Below are positions 39,432 to 48,811 of a stretch of DNA of 64,000 nucleotides, piece by piece. Source of the DNA: Abditibacteriaceae bacterium (GTDB lineage Bacteria; Armatimonadota; Abditibacteriia; Abditibacteriales; Abditibacteriaceae); contig OZ255721.1 in NCBI GenBank assembly GCA_965277285.1, positions 128,001-192,000 of the forward strand, read 5' to 3'. Each line of letters opens with the position of its first letter. Position 1 is the stretch's first letter. Position numbers and translations under genes: made by a program. Under the pieces are notes generated by a model. The model saw only the letters and a list, made by a program, of their open reading frames with translations, was not told the DNA's origin and made no database searches.

Positions 39432-39452
39432 GCGAAGTTGCACAAAGGTTTT

Positions 39453-40628
39453 ATGAACGAACTGACGATTCATTGTCCCATCAAAAGCGTGGCGGCAATT
39501 GCGGCGCCCGATATTTCGCAAATCGCGCCGTTGCTGGAGCATTTGCGCTCTAACAATCGAGTACTCGAAGCGACGGTTTTTCCGCGTGGAACGGTTCTTG
39601 AAGATGGGCGACTGGATTTGTGCAAGCAAGGTATGGGACCGTCCGGTTGCCGCCTGGTAACGGAATCGTTGCGCTACAACACGACCATTAAAAGTCTTTT
39701 GCTGGGAACTGACGGTATCGGAAACGAAGGCGCGCGCGATGTCGCGCAGTTGGTTCAGACAAATCCAAATCTGCAAATCGTTTATCTGGGCTGCAACCGC
39801 ATCGAAAAAGAAGGTGCGACATTTCTGGCGCGTGCTTTGACGCACAACGCGAGCGTGACGGGATTGTGGCTCAAACGCAATCCAATTGGCGAAGATGGCG
39901 CGCAATCTGTGGCTGAAATGCTGCGTCACAATCGAACCTTGCGCTCGCTCGATCTGGTGAATACTGCGCCTGGCGACAAAGGTTTAGCCGCTTTATTAGA
40001 CGTTCTGACGCAAGAAAATCGCACGCTGGAGCGCTTGTATCTGGGTGGGAACGGCATCCAGAAAAATGCCGCTGTTCTTTTGGGCGCGCTGTTGGAAAAT
40101 AATCCGAACCTGCGCGCCTTGTTGCTCAATGTCAACTTTCTGGGCGATGAAGGCGCGACAACTTTGGCGAAATCGCTCCGCCAAAACCGCACTCTGACGG
40201 AACTGGGATTGGCAAGTAACGGCATCACCGTAAAGGGCGCGAAACCTTTGCTTGAAGCGATTGCGACGCATCCGACCTTGCGCTCGCTCGACTTGGGTTA
40301 CAGCGTTTCAACCAAAGTTTTAGGCGCGTCTGCCAACACGCTGGGCGATGAAGGCGCATCTCTCATCGCGCAAATGCTACACGAAAACAAAACACTGCAG
40401 CGCCTCGATTTGCGAGGCAACGGCTTCTCGGAAGAAGGAAAAATGCAAATCGTTGCGGCGTTGGAAGAAAATCAAACCTTGCGACATCTGGTTTTAGACG
40501 GCAAACAAAATGCGCGTTTAACGGCTTTGCTCGAACGCAATCGTCAGTCCGAGATGCAACTTCCCGCACCAGACGATGTTTTGCTGATTCGCAGCGTTTA
40601 TCGCACAGCGCGTTCAGCGAAGCGATGA
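39453..40628 (+). CDS. RNI-like leucine-rich repeat protein
   Basis: 28-aa repeats N.TL..L.L..N.IG.EGA..LA..L. Confidence 0.88.
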   Translation: MNELTIHCPIKSVAAIAAPDISQIAPLLEHLRSNNRVLEATVFPRGTVLEDGRLDLCKQGMGPSGCRLVTESLRYNTTIKSLLLGTDGIGNEGARDVAQLVQTNPNLQIVYLGCNRIEKEGATFLARALTHNASVTGLWLKRNPIGEDGAQSVAEMLRHNRTLRSLDLVNTAPGDKGLAALLDVLTQENRTLERLYLGGNGIQKNAAVLLGALLENNPNLRALLLNVNFLGDEGATTLAKSLRQNRTLTELGLASNGITVKGAKPLLEAIATHPTLRSLDLGYSVSTKVLGASANTLGDEGASLIAQMLHENKTLQRLDLRGNGFSEEGKMQIVAALEENQTLRHLVLDGKQNARLTALLERNRQSEMQLPAPDDVLLIRSVYRTARSAKR

Positions 40629-40744
40629 GTTTTAACGAACCCCAAACGTAAGCGCGAAGCTGAAGTCCTTGTCACGTCAGCCTCACGCTTGCGATTCGCT
40701 AAGGTCTCCGCGATCATCGAGTACTCGATAGTTCAAATGTGAAT

Positions 40745-41914
40745 TCAACCGTGTTCCAGAAGCCGCACGGTTTCGCCGAAAGGAAACTTTTCCGGCGCTA
40801 AACCGCCTGGCGTGACAACCCACAAAACGGGCAATGACGGCGATGTCGCGGGAAAAACGCCCATTCCATCGGTCAGATAAACAGCGATCGTGGAAACGCC
40901 AATTGTGGAAACGCCAAACGGTTCGCGTTCCACTGCTTCAAAGAATGGGCGAAAATCGGTTCCGCCACCGCCAACAGGCGCAGGAATTGTTTGATTCTCG
41001 TTAAGAGAATAGGGGCCATATAAGGCGGCGTCAGCATAAAATAGTTCGCATTGCAGATGTGGATAAGCCGCTAAAATACCGCGCACTTCGCCCACAAAAA
41101 CATCCATTTGCCGGTTATCGACCGAACCGCTCGTATCAACTGCGACCAGAACACGCAACGATTCGCCTTCGAGGGTTTCGAGATAAAGGCCGCGCGATAG
41201 AAGACGCCGGTCAAAACCCTGAAAATCAACGGGCGTGCGCACCAAATAACGCCACAAATGGGCGCGCCAATCCAAATGCGATGGCTCCAGCGCGCCTAAC
41301 TCGCGCACCAAACCCGCTGGCAACTTTCCGATGCCTGACGCTCGCGCCAGAACCGCCGCTTGCTGGCGAGCGTGCTGCCAATAAGTTTCTAAGATGCGGC
41401 GGCGTTCGTCGTCGCCCAACTCTTTCGCCTCCAGCAGATCGGGATGCGCTAAAAATGGTAAATTCTTCAAGTCGCGTCCCAGCAGTTCATAAACTTCTTC
41501 CGTACTGAACTTTTCTAATGCGCCTTCGCGCAAAGCACCTTGCGGCAAAGTGAAAGGCGTTTCGTTGGCGATGATGCCGTTCACCACGATGTCGGCGGCG
41601 ATATTCCACAACAAAGGCTCGCGCGTTCCTCGTCGCGGCAAATGCAGCAAAGCGGCGTGCAAAACTTCATGCAACAGCAAGCCATCGAGTTCGGCAGCGT
41701 TTAATTCATCCACGAAACCCTGGTTGAAAAACACATCGCGCCCATCAGTCGCCGCCGTTGGAAGATCGTTGCGCAGAATCATACGCGCGAACAACGCCAG
41801 AACCGCAAAAAATGGCGCCTGTGACCGCAACCTCAACAAAGACGCGCTGATGCGACGCTCGAAAACCGCGTTTTGTGTGACATGCGGCGAATTGTCCAAG
41901 GGAACAGAATTCAT
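40745..41914 (-). CDS. Predicted metallopeptidase + vWA-like protein (DUF2201-type)
   Basis: TAATDG, HEVLH (HExxH), WNIAADIVVN, VDTSGSV, GGGGTDFRPFF, LTDGMG. Confidence 0.88.
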   Translation of the reverse strand: MNSVPLDNSPHVTQNAVFERRISASLLRLRSQAPFFAVLALFARMILRNDLPTAATDGRDVFFNQGFVDELNAAELDGLLLHEVLHAALLHLPRRGTREPLLWNIAADIVVNGIIANETPFTLPQGALREGALEKFSTEEVYELLGRDLKNLPFLAHPDLLEAKELGDDERRRILETYWQHARQQAAVLARASGIGKLPAGLVRELGALEPSHLDWRAHLWRYLVRTPVDFQGFDRRLLSRGLYLETLEGESLRVLVAVDTSGSVDNRQMDVFVGEVRGILAAYPHLQCELFYADAALYGPYSLNENQTIPAPVGGGGTDFRPFFEAVEREPFGVSTIGVSTIAVYLTDGMGVFPATSPSLPVLWVVTPGGLAPEKFPFGETVRLLEHG

Positions 41915-42116
41915 GCGAAAAGTTTCTGCTTTCGAGTACTCGATACGTCAAATTTGGTTGGTGTGTCGCAAGAGTGAATACATCTTCGGGCAGAGTGACG
42001 TGACAAATCACGGTCATACAAAAGAAAGTGTGAAGTCAAAGCCTGGCGATCTTCTCTTTCTACTGCTCAGAAGTCACATTATTTGTCGTGTTAGCAAATA
42101 AAAATCTCTTAGCCGT

Positions 42117-42347
42117 GAGTGAAATTCACTGAACGACAAGTAAGAATCATTCAAGCACGAGTAAGAAATACTCATCGTCCAGTAGTTTTTACTCGACCAC
42201 CAGTGAAAACCATTCAATGTCGAGTGAAAATTACTGAACGGCCAGCGAAAAATACTCAGCAACCAGCAAAAACCACTTGGCGTTGAATGAAAATTACTTA
42301 CTGTTGATTGAGAATAGCTTAACGTCGAATGAAAAGTATTGGCATTA
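42117..42347. repeat. Degenerate 21-bp tandem array (about 11 units)
   Basis: GAGTGAAATTCACTGAACGAC, AAGTAAGAATCATTCAAGCAC, GAGTAAGAAATACTCATCGTC, CAGTAGTTTTTACTCGACCAC, CAGTGAAAACCATTCAATGTC, GAGTGAAAATTACTGAACGGC, CAGCGAAAAATACTCAGCAAC and further units. Confidence 0.75.
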
Positions 42348-42433
42348 AGTGAAATGGTTGTCTTCGGGCAGGGAAATCGTCTGGCCGATAAAATAAAATG
42401 TCTTGAAATTGCATCAAGGTTTGTTGCGCCCGT

Positions 42434-43435
42434 TCAAGTCTTGAGCAAGGTTTGGTAATCGGCGAGAAAGCGGCGCAGTCGTTCATCTTTGGCAACGAGT
42501 TCGGCCAGCGCGCCGATTTGCCCGCGATCTCGCAGCAGGCGAAACAAGTCGGCGGCGAAGAGTTGCACCCACTCGGCCGCGGCTTTTTCGGACAGCCAAC
42601 TCCAGGCGGAATGCGCCCTTGAAACGTTGTCGGCGCGCATCGTCAAACCGATGGTCAAGGCATAGCGGACTGAAGGTTCGGTTGGGAAATTAATTGTTTC
42701 ACCACGCCCTTCCAAAATCGCTTCCAGGTCAGGCAAATGCGCATAAAGTTCGACGAATGCCGCGAATTCGGCAGCCGCGCCCGCACCAATCGCCGGTTCA
42801 ATGCCCAGGTGAGCGTTCATCAGGGCGCTGGCCATCATCCACGAGCGGGGAGACGGCCAAGCGCTTTGCAGAGGATCAAGTTTGTGCAGTAGGGTTGGAC
42901 GAAACGCCAGAAACGACAAAATTTGCTCGTTCAAACCATGCGCGAGCGCATACGCCTTGAAACTATTGAAATCGGGTAGCGCTTCCAAATGCAAAAAACG
43001 ATTGGCAAGCGGCGCGGGCATATCGAAAACCGAAGCTCGATCTTCCTTGCGATTGCCCGCTGCCCAGATGAACCAATTGCTTGGCACCACGTAGGAACCG
43101 ACGCGACGATCTAAAATGAGCTGCTGCGCGATGCCTTGTATGGCTGGCGGCGCCATGTTCAGTTCGTCTAAAAAGAGAATGCCCTGACCGTCGCGCGGCA
43201 AAAACTCTGGCGGATACCAGCGCGAAATGCCGTTTTCAGGAACTGGCAAGCCACGCAAATCGGTTGGCGCCAGTTGCGACAAACGCACATCCACGAACTC
43301 TAATGCGTGACGCTGCGCGACCTGCGCCACAATCGACGATTTGCCGATCCCAGGCGGCCCCCAAATCATGGTGCTGAGAAAAAGACGCCGCTCCACCAAT
43401 CGTTCAAGATATTCTTCCAATTCGTGCGTTGTCAT
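42434..43435 (-). CDS. MoxR-like/dynein-related AAA+ ATPase
   Basis: WGPPGIGKS, DLRGLP, ILFLDELN, AAGNR, PLANRF, PSPRSW. Confidence 0.9.
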   Translation of the reverse strand: MTTHELEEYLERLVERRLFLSTMIWGPPGIGKSSIVAQVAQRHALEFVDVRLSQLAPTDLRGLPVPENGISRWYPPEFLPRDGQGILFLDELNMAPPAIQGIAQQLILDRRVGSYVVPSNWFIWAAGNRKEDRASVFDMPAPLANRFLHLEALPDFNSFKAYALAHGLNEQILSFLAFRPTLLHKLDPLQSAWPSPRSWMMASALMNAHLGIEPAIGAGAAAEFAAFVELYAHLPDLEAILEGRGETINFPTEPSVRYALTIGLTMRADNVSRAHSAWSWLSEKAAAEWVQLFAADLFRLLRDRGQIGALAELVAKDERLRRFLADYQTLLKT

Positions 43436-43459
43436 AAAAGCGTGATCCGTGCATGGTGG

Positions 43460-45721
43460 TTAGTGGTTAAAAATTGATTGTGGCGTGTCTTTAATCCTTT
43501 CATTTGCTGCGGCCTGCACGAAGCGGTTGCCGTCTTGCGCCAGTTGTTGCAACAAAGCCAAAGGCGTAGACGGATTGCGCGCGATGACATAACGCGCCGT
43601 CCAATTGCCGTCGAAAAGATGCTCTTCGAGTACTCGATGTGGCACCTTCGGGTCGCAAAGTTCCGCTAATTGCTTGAACGAAGTGGCGCTTTGCAGTAGG
43701 AAGGTCAAACTTTCCTGCTGCCTCTCGGCTGTTGCTTCGGTCAGGTGCTGTTGCACCTGAAGTCGTTCGCAGCGCATCTGGAGTTTGAACTCTTCGCTCG
43801 CTCGCGGATGATGCAGCAACCTTTGGACGATTTTTAATCGTTCTCGAGAATGTACCATGCGCTGTTTGCTTGGCATAGTTTGGCTGCCTTTGCTGGCTCG
43901 ACCACCAGATTGAATAATGTCCAATTCCTTTAGCAATTGTGCCGTGACTCCTTTCAAATCATTTGAATCAGAACGTTCGCACAGTACGAGTGCCGCCTTC
44001 TTTCGTTCGCTTGATGAAAGGGATTCTTGCGTGATAAAACGGCGCAGAGTTTCGGAAGAAGCCCAAGGATGACAGATAAGATTGTTTAATGCCTCGTCCC
44101 GCGCCACAAGAGTCGCTCCATATCTCATATCCGAAAGGGCGTCGTTCGTTAGGGTTTCCAGCAGTTGGGGCGAAGCATTGTGGTTTTTGGCAACAGCGGC
44201 GCGCACCCACCAATCCGCATCCAAGATCAGTATCTCCAACAGCGCGGAGGTCGCATTCGGATTTTCAGCAACACCAGCGCGCACGAACATATCGTCGTCG
44301 CGCGCCAGGGTTTCGAGCACGTTCAATGGCGTGTTGGGATGGCGCGCCACACGACGGCGCGTCGGAAGCAAAGGCGAAAGCGCCAACTTTTCCAACATCT
44401 CGACAGGCGTTTTTGGATTGGCGGCCACGCTTTTTTCAGGAAGCCAACTGTTCCATTGCGTCGCGTGCGAACAACGTTCTTGCACAAAGGAATTCAAATT
44501 CGTCGGCAAATTCGGATGGCGCAGCAAAGCGTGTAAAACTCTTCCTTCGTTGTCTGTCGCCAACTGTTCGAGTACTCGAATCGGCGTTTGCGGATGCAGC
44601 GCGACATCCAGGCGAACCGCGCCGCACTCGTCACTTGACAAAATTTCTAAAAGATCCTCTGGTGCAGCGACATTGCGCGCTACTGCGCCACGCACGCGCG
44701 AATTGGCGTCACTCGCAAGCTGTTGCAAAACATCGAAAGGCGTTTGAGCATTGCGAGCGACCGCGACGCGAGTTTCACGTTCCGTGGCGCGCGACAAAGT
44801 GCGGAGCGTTTGCGGCGAAGTGTTGGGATGACGCGCGACGGCTTGCCGCACCATCACCGAAGCATGCGATGCCAAACGGTCGAGAATTTCGGGCGGCGCG
44901 TGCGGATTCTGCACAATCGAAGCGGAAGCATTCGTTGCGAGCAATTTTTGCAGAACTTCGTGCGACGTGTTGGGATGGCGCGCCGCCAACATTTGCGCCC
45001 ACGCGCCGCCTTGCGACAAGGTTTCCAGTTCCCTGGGCGTCATCGTCGGGTCGGGCGCGGCATAATTCTGTAAATCGCGCGTGCTTCCGGCGCGCACTAA
45101 TTGTTGAATGATCGGTCGCGCTTCGGGATGACCGAGAATGCCTTGACGCCACTTAAAATCGTCGCTTTGAGCCAAGACCGCCAGCAAAGTGCGCAAAAGT
45201 CGCTCGTCTTTGATAATTTCCTTGTCAATTGGTTGTGCTCCGTCGCGCTTCACGCCAAAAGCCGACTGTGGCCTTGCAGCAGCGAGACTTTGCTGCAAGG
45301 CGATCTCTGCTTCATCGTGCCAATGCTCGCCGACTTTGCCCGCCACAACAACGTGCAATTCGGCTGCTCGCACCAATTGGCGATGAACCGATGTCGCAAA
45401 GGATTCGAGCAACCACAGCGGCACTTCGTTTTCGCACAGCAGGCGCAAACTTGTTTGCAGGCTGAGGAAGCGAAACCAATTCGGCTTTTCCAAGAGCAGC
45501 AACGGCAAAACCGGATTGCGCAAAAACTCGCGCGGATGAAGAGGCGCCAGTTTCAATAAAAGATCGAGCGGCGTATTAGGATTGGCCGCGATCAACTTCT
45601 GCAAACGACTTTTGATTTCGCCCGCGACTTCGCTCAAGGTGTGCAAGCGTGGAGGCGCCGTCGCCACGTTCGCCGCTTCTTCCAGCAACGATTGAGAATT
45701 CGTAGAACTTGAATTATTCAT
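43460..45721 (-). CDS. Leucine-rich repeat variant (LRV)/HEAT-like repeat protein
   Basis: Many 24-aa units VR.AVA.HPNTP..VLE.LA.D. Confidence 0.85.
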   Translation of the reverse strand: MNNSSSTNSQSLLEEAANVATAPPRLHTLSEVAGEIKSRLQKLIAANPNTPLDLLLKLAPLHPREFLRNPVLPLLLLEKPNWFRFLSLQTSLRLLCENEVPLWLLESFATSVHRQLVRAAELHVVVAGKVGEHWHDEAEIALQQSLAAARPQSAFGVKRDGAQPIDKEIIKDERLLRTLLAVLAQSDDFKWRQGILGHPEARPIIQQLVRAGSTRDLQNYAAPDPTMTPRELETLSQGGAWAQMLAARHPNTSHEVLQKLLATNASASIVQNPHAPPEILDRLASHASVMVRQAVARHPNTSPQTLRTLSRATERETRVAVARNAQTPFDVLQQLASDANSRVRGAVARNVAAPEDLLEILSSDECGAVRLDVALHPQTPIRVLEQLATDNEGRVLHALLRHPNLPTNLNSFVQERCSHATQWNSWLPEKSVAANPKTPVEMLEKLALSPLLPTRRRVARHPNTPLNVLETLARDDDMFVRAGVAENPNATSALLEILILDADWWVRAAVAKNHNASPQLLETLTNDALSDMRYGATLVARDEALNNLICHPWASSETLRRFITQESLSSSERKKAALVLCERSDSNDLKGVTAQLLKELDIIQSGGRASKGSQTMPSKQRMVHSRERLKIVQRLLHHPRASEEFKLQMRCERLQVQQHLTEATAERQQESLTFLLQSATSFKQLAELCDPKVPHRVLEEHLFDGNWTARYVIARNPSTPLALLQQLAQDGNRFVQAAANERIKDTPQSIFNH

Positions 45722-46096
45722 GGTAACACGAAGATTGGAGAAGTATCGAGTACTCGATAATGCTGTTACTCAATTTTAGATTGCACGCAACTCTGAAACG
45801 CTAATAACCAGTAGTGTGGGTGTTTGAAAACCCACGCTACTGGTTATTATTTATGTCGTCGCATTTGCTGTGGTCGATGATTGCGTCGCGCCACTGTAAG
45901 CCATCTTGTTAACGAGACTGCTTTTAATAAACATCTCTGCGCGGCGCTTCGTGACGCGAAACATCGCCTATGGAGTGGCGACTTCTGTAGCGACGACTTC
46001 CCTGACTCATGTCGCGCAGATTGCAAGCCGAATCGAAAAACTCTCTGCCGGTCCATAAAACGTCGGGCGAGTTTGAAGCTTCTTCTTGACGTTGGC

Positions 46097-48322
46097 TCAT
46101 CGTTGCCCTATCTTAATACGCCCGACATAAACTTGGTAAGCCCAGGGCGCGAGCTTGAAGGATGGCGAAGCGTCGAGCTTGATGAGGCGCTTGCCAAACC
46201 AGTCGGTGTAGTCACCTGCCAGAGAAACATTCGCTGCGGAAGCATTGGCGGAAGCATTGGCGGAAGAAGCGTCGTTCAAGGTGACCGCTTGCGCTTGGTC
46301 GCTCAAGTTGACCACAACCAGTACTCGATTCTGCCCCCTTTGTCCGCTTTCTGCGCTTTCTGCGCTTTCTGCGCTTTGCCGCACAAAAGCATACACCTTG
46401 TCATCGTGGTTCGACACGATCTTGGTGAAACTCCCTTGAACAACCGCGGGCTGCTCTTGATAAAGCTGCAACAAGCGGCTGTAGAACCCCCACACCGGAG
46501 AACTCAGGCGCGCTTCAGCCTGTAGTGGAGGATTGACCTTGAGCAAGCTCATCTCCTGCCCGTTGTAGATCAACGGCTTGCCAGGCAACGTGGTGCACAA
46601 CACCATCAGCGGCGCCACTTGGGGCACGCCCTGGCTGATGTCGATGGCGGCTCCCGTGCCCCAGCCCCAGTCGGCATGAGGGTGCCAATCGTGGTTATCC
46701 AGGAAACGCATCTGAATGGCACCCGCAGGATACATCGCGGCTTCCTTGCGCAGCTCATCGTCGATGTTTGAAGCGGGTTGATGTCCTGCACAGATCTGCC
46801 ACAGAATAGGTGGCAAGCTCCACTGATAGTTCATGTCGAAAGCTGGATGCACTTCGGGGTTGTCCGCTTCAGCCAGCATGAAGACCGGCTTGAGCGCGTT
46901 CAACTGAGGACGCAGCCAGTTCCAGAACTCGACTGGCACGCGACCGTTGCTGCCCGCCACATCGCAGCGGAAGCCATCGATGCCAAAGGTGCGCACCCAG
47001 TAGCTCATGTTGTCGCGCATGGTGTTCCACAAGGGCTGGTTCCACTGACCCGCTTTGCCATAATCGAGTTGCGCCACATCGCCCCAAGTATAAGCTTGCG
47101 CGATCTGACCTTTGGCGTCTTTGACGTAGAACTCGGGATGAGCCGTGATCAGCGCGTTGTCCCAGGCGGTATGATTGGGAACCCAGTCGAGCAGAACGTG
47201 CAAGCCCAAAGCGTGCGCTGTGTTCACCAGATGCTGAAAGTCGGCTTTGCTGCCAAGGTCGGGATTGACTTGCTGGTAGTCGCGCACCGAGTAAGGGCTG
47301 CCGAAGCCTTTCAAGTGGCCGCGCGGATAGATCGGCATCAGCCACAAAAGGCCCACACCCATCTTCTTCAAGACCGGCAAGTGCTGCTCGAACTGGCGCA
47401 TCGCCTGGCCTTTGGTAAAACCATAAACGTCCCAGTTCACTTCGTAGATCGGCAAGTTCTTCGCCCACGATGGACCCGACATCGTCTTGGTCGTTAACGG
47501 GCCAGACATCCTCAAAGGCTCGCCTGGATCTGTCAACAGGTAAGGTTGAAAATTTTTGGCAATGATTTTGAAGGGCTGCGTCTTGGGGTTCAGGCCGTTC
47601 GCACCATACTCGCTGACGCGGCTTCCATCGACCAATTCAAAATTGTAGGTCAAGTCCTGCTTTCTGTCCCAAGGTAACGATGCTTTGTAGTAGGTGTAAA
47701 GATCGTCGGTGCGAACCAACTTCATGGGATAGCGCTGACCGGACGATTTAAGATAAATCCGGCGGAGATCATTGGGACGCGCTCGAAATCTAAGGATTAT
47801 TTTTCCGTTGTCATAACCGATGTCACGAACACCGTTGGGAGCAAGTAACACGCTGGTAGCTGTTTCGCCATCATCTGGACTCGCGGGCGTTTTGTAGTCG
47901 GACGGAGTCACAAACACAACCGAGTTGTCGTTGACCTTGTCTGTTGCGTCGAGAGGTGCCTGAGGATCGACGACCCAGGTCTCCGCTTTATTCGGCCCGA
48001 ACAGCACAAATTTATAAACATACTTGCCGTAACTGAGGGGCAGGGTAGTCCGCCAGGTGACTCCATCGGCATCCACAGCCATTGGATTTGCGGCCTTGTT
48101 CCATCCATTGAAGCTGCCGACCACGCTAACGGATTCCCACTTCTTGTCAGCCTTGAAAACAAAGGTGTAATTCCCAATGCTTTGCGGTTGAACAGGCGAA
48201 GCGACACTTGAGGCGATCTGAGCTGAGGCGGCTGAGATCGAACCAGGAAGTTTGCCATTTCCCACCAGCAGTGCCGCCAAAAGCGAGGCACCAATGCCAC
48301 ATTTCTTATAGCGAATTCTCAT
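46097..48322 (-). CDS. Secreted GH13 alpha-amylase with CBM48-like N-terminal domain
   Basis: VSVVGSFNGW..YKFV; IYEVN, WLMPIY, LDWVPNHT, DGFRCDVA, LAEA, FLDNHD. Confidence 0.88.
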   Translation of the reverse strand: MRIRYKKCGIGASLLAALLVGNGKLPGSISAASAQIASSVASPVQPQSIGNYTFVFKADKKWESVSVVGSFNGWNKAANPMAVDADGVTWRTTLPLSYGKYVYKFVLFGPNKAETWVVDPQAPLDATDKVNDNSVVFVTPSDYKTPASPDDGETATSVLLAPNGVRDIGYDNGKIILRFRARPNDLRRIYLKSSGQRYPMKLVRTDDLYTYYKASLPWDRKQDLTYNFELVDGSRVSEYGANGLNPKTQPFKIIAKNFQPYLLTDPGEPLRMSGPLTTKTMSGPSWAKNLPIYEVNWDVYGFTKGQAMRQFEQHLPVLKKMGVGLLWLMPIYPRGHLKGFGSPYSVRDYQQVNPDLGSKADFQHLVNTAHALGLHVLLDWVPNHTAWDNALITAHPEFYVKDAKGQIAQAYTWGDVAQLDYGKAGQWNQPLWNTMRDNMSYWVRTFGIDGFRCDVAGSNGRVPVEFWNWLRPQLNALKPVFMLAEADNPEVHPAFDMNYQWSLPPILWQICAGHQPASNIDDELRKEAAMYPAGAIQMRFLDNHDWHPHADWGWGTGAAIDISQGVPQVAPLMVLCTTLPGKPLIYNGQEMSLLKVNPPLQAEARLSSPVWGFYSRLLQLYQEQPAVVQGSFTKIVSNHDDKVYAFVRQSAESAESAESGQRGQNRVLVVVNLSDQAQAVTLNDASSANASANASAANVSLAGDYTDWFGKRLIKLDASPSFKLAPWAYQVYVGRIKIGQR

Positions 48323-48811
48323 ATTGATAATCCTCTTTGACTGTCGTCGACGAAAAGCGAAGCGGAAGATGAAAAGGGTTGCACCCAAAACAGTTTCACG
48401 TCATCGCTATTCGGTTGTGTTCCAGAAGTGATGTACAGAAGATTTTAGCAGATAAGCGCACCGGCCCATATGAACTCCACATTCACATCCGTTTCGCTGC
48501 TGAAGCACGGAATTGGTCGCATTGTTGAATCGAGTACTCGAAGTCGCGCGACCGGACTTCTTAGCGCGGCACATACCAATCCAACCACTGAAATGACCTT
48601 CATGGATAGAATAGAGCGCTCAATCATTCGCGCAAGACGGAAAGCTTCGACGACAAATGGCGAAATGGATGCATGAACATGGAATGTTTTACCTAACCCA
48701 GGTTGCTACCTAACGGCGCGAACCCTGAGCAGGAATTGAAGCGCGGCGCCAAGCCTACGATCAGGTCAAGTGGTGCAGGTCGAGGAAGCTTTGTCAGGAG
48801 AAACGCCCGCT

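Noticed and set aside
42074..42262. 62-aa ORF within the 21-bp array
   Set aside because: TTG start without RBS and unusual composition; better explained by the repeat itself.
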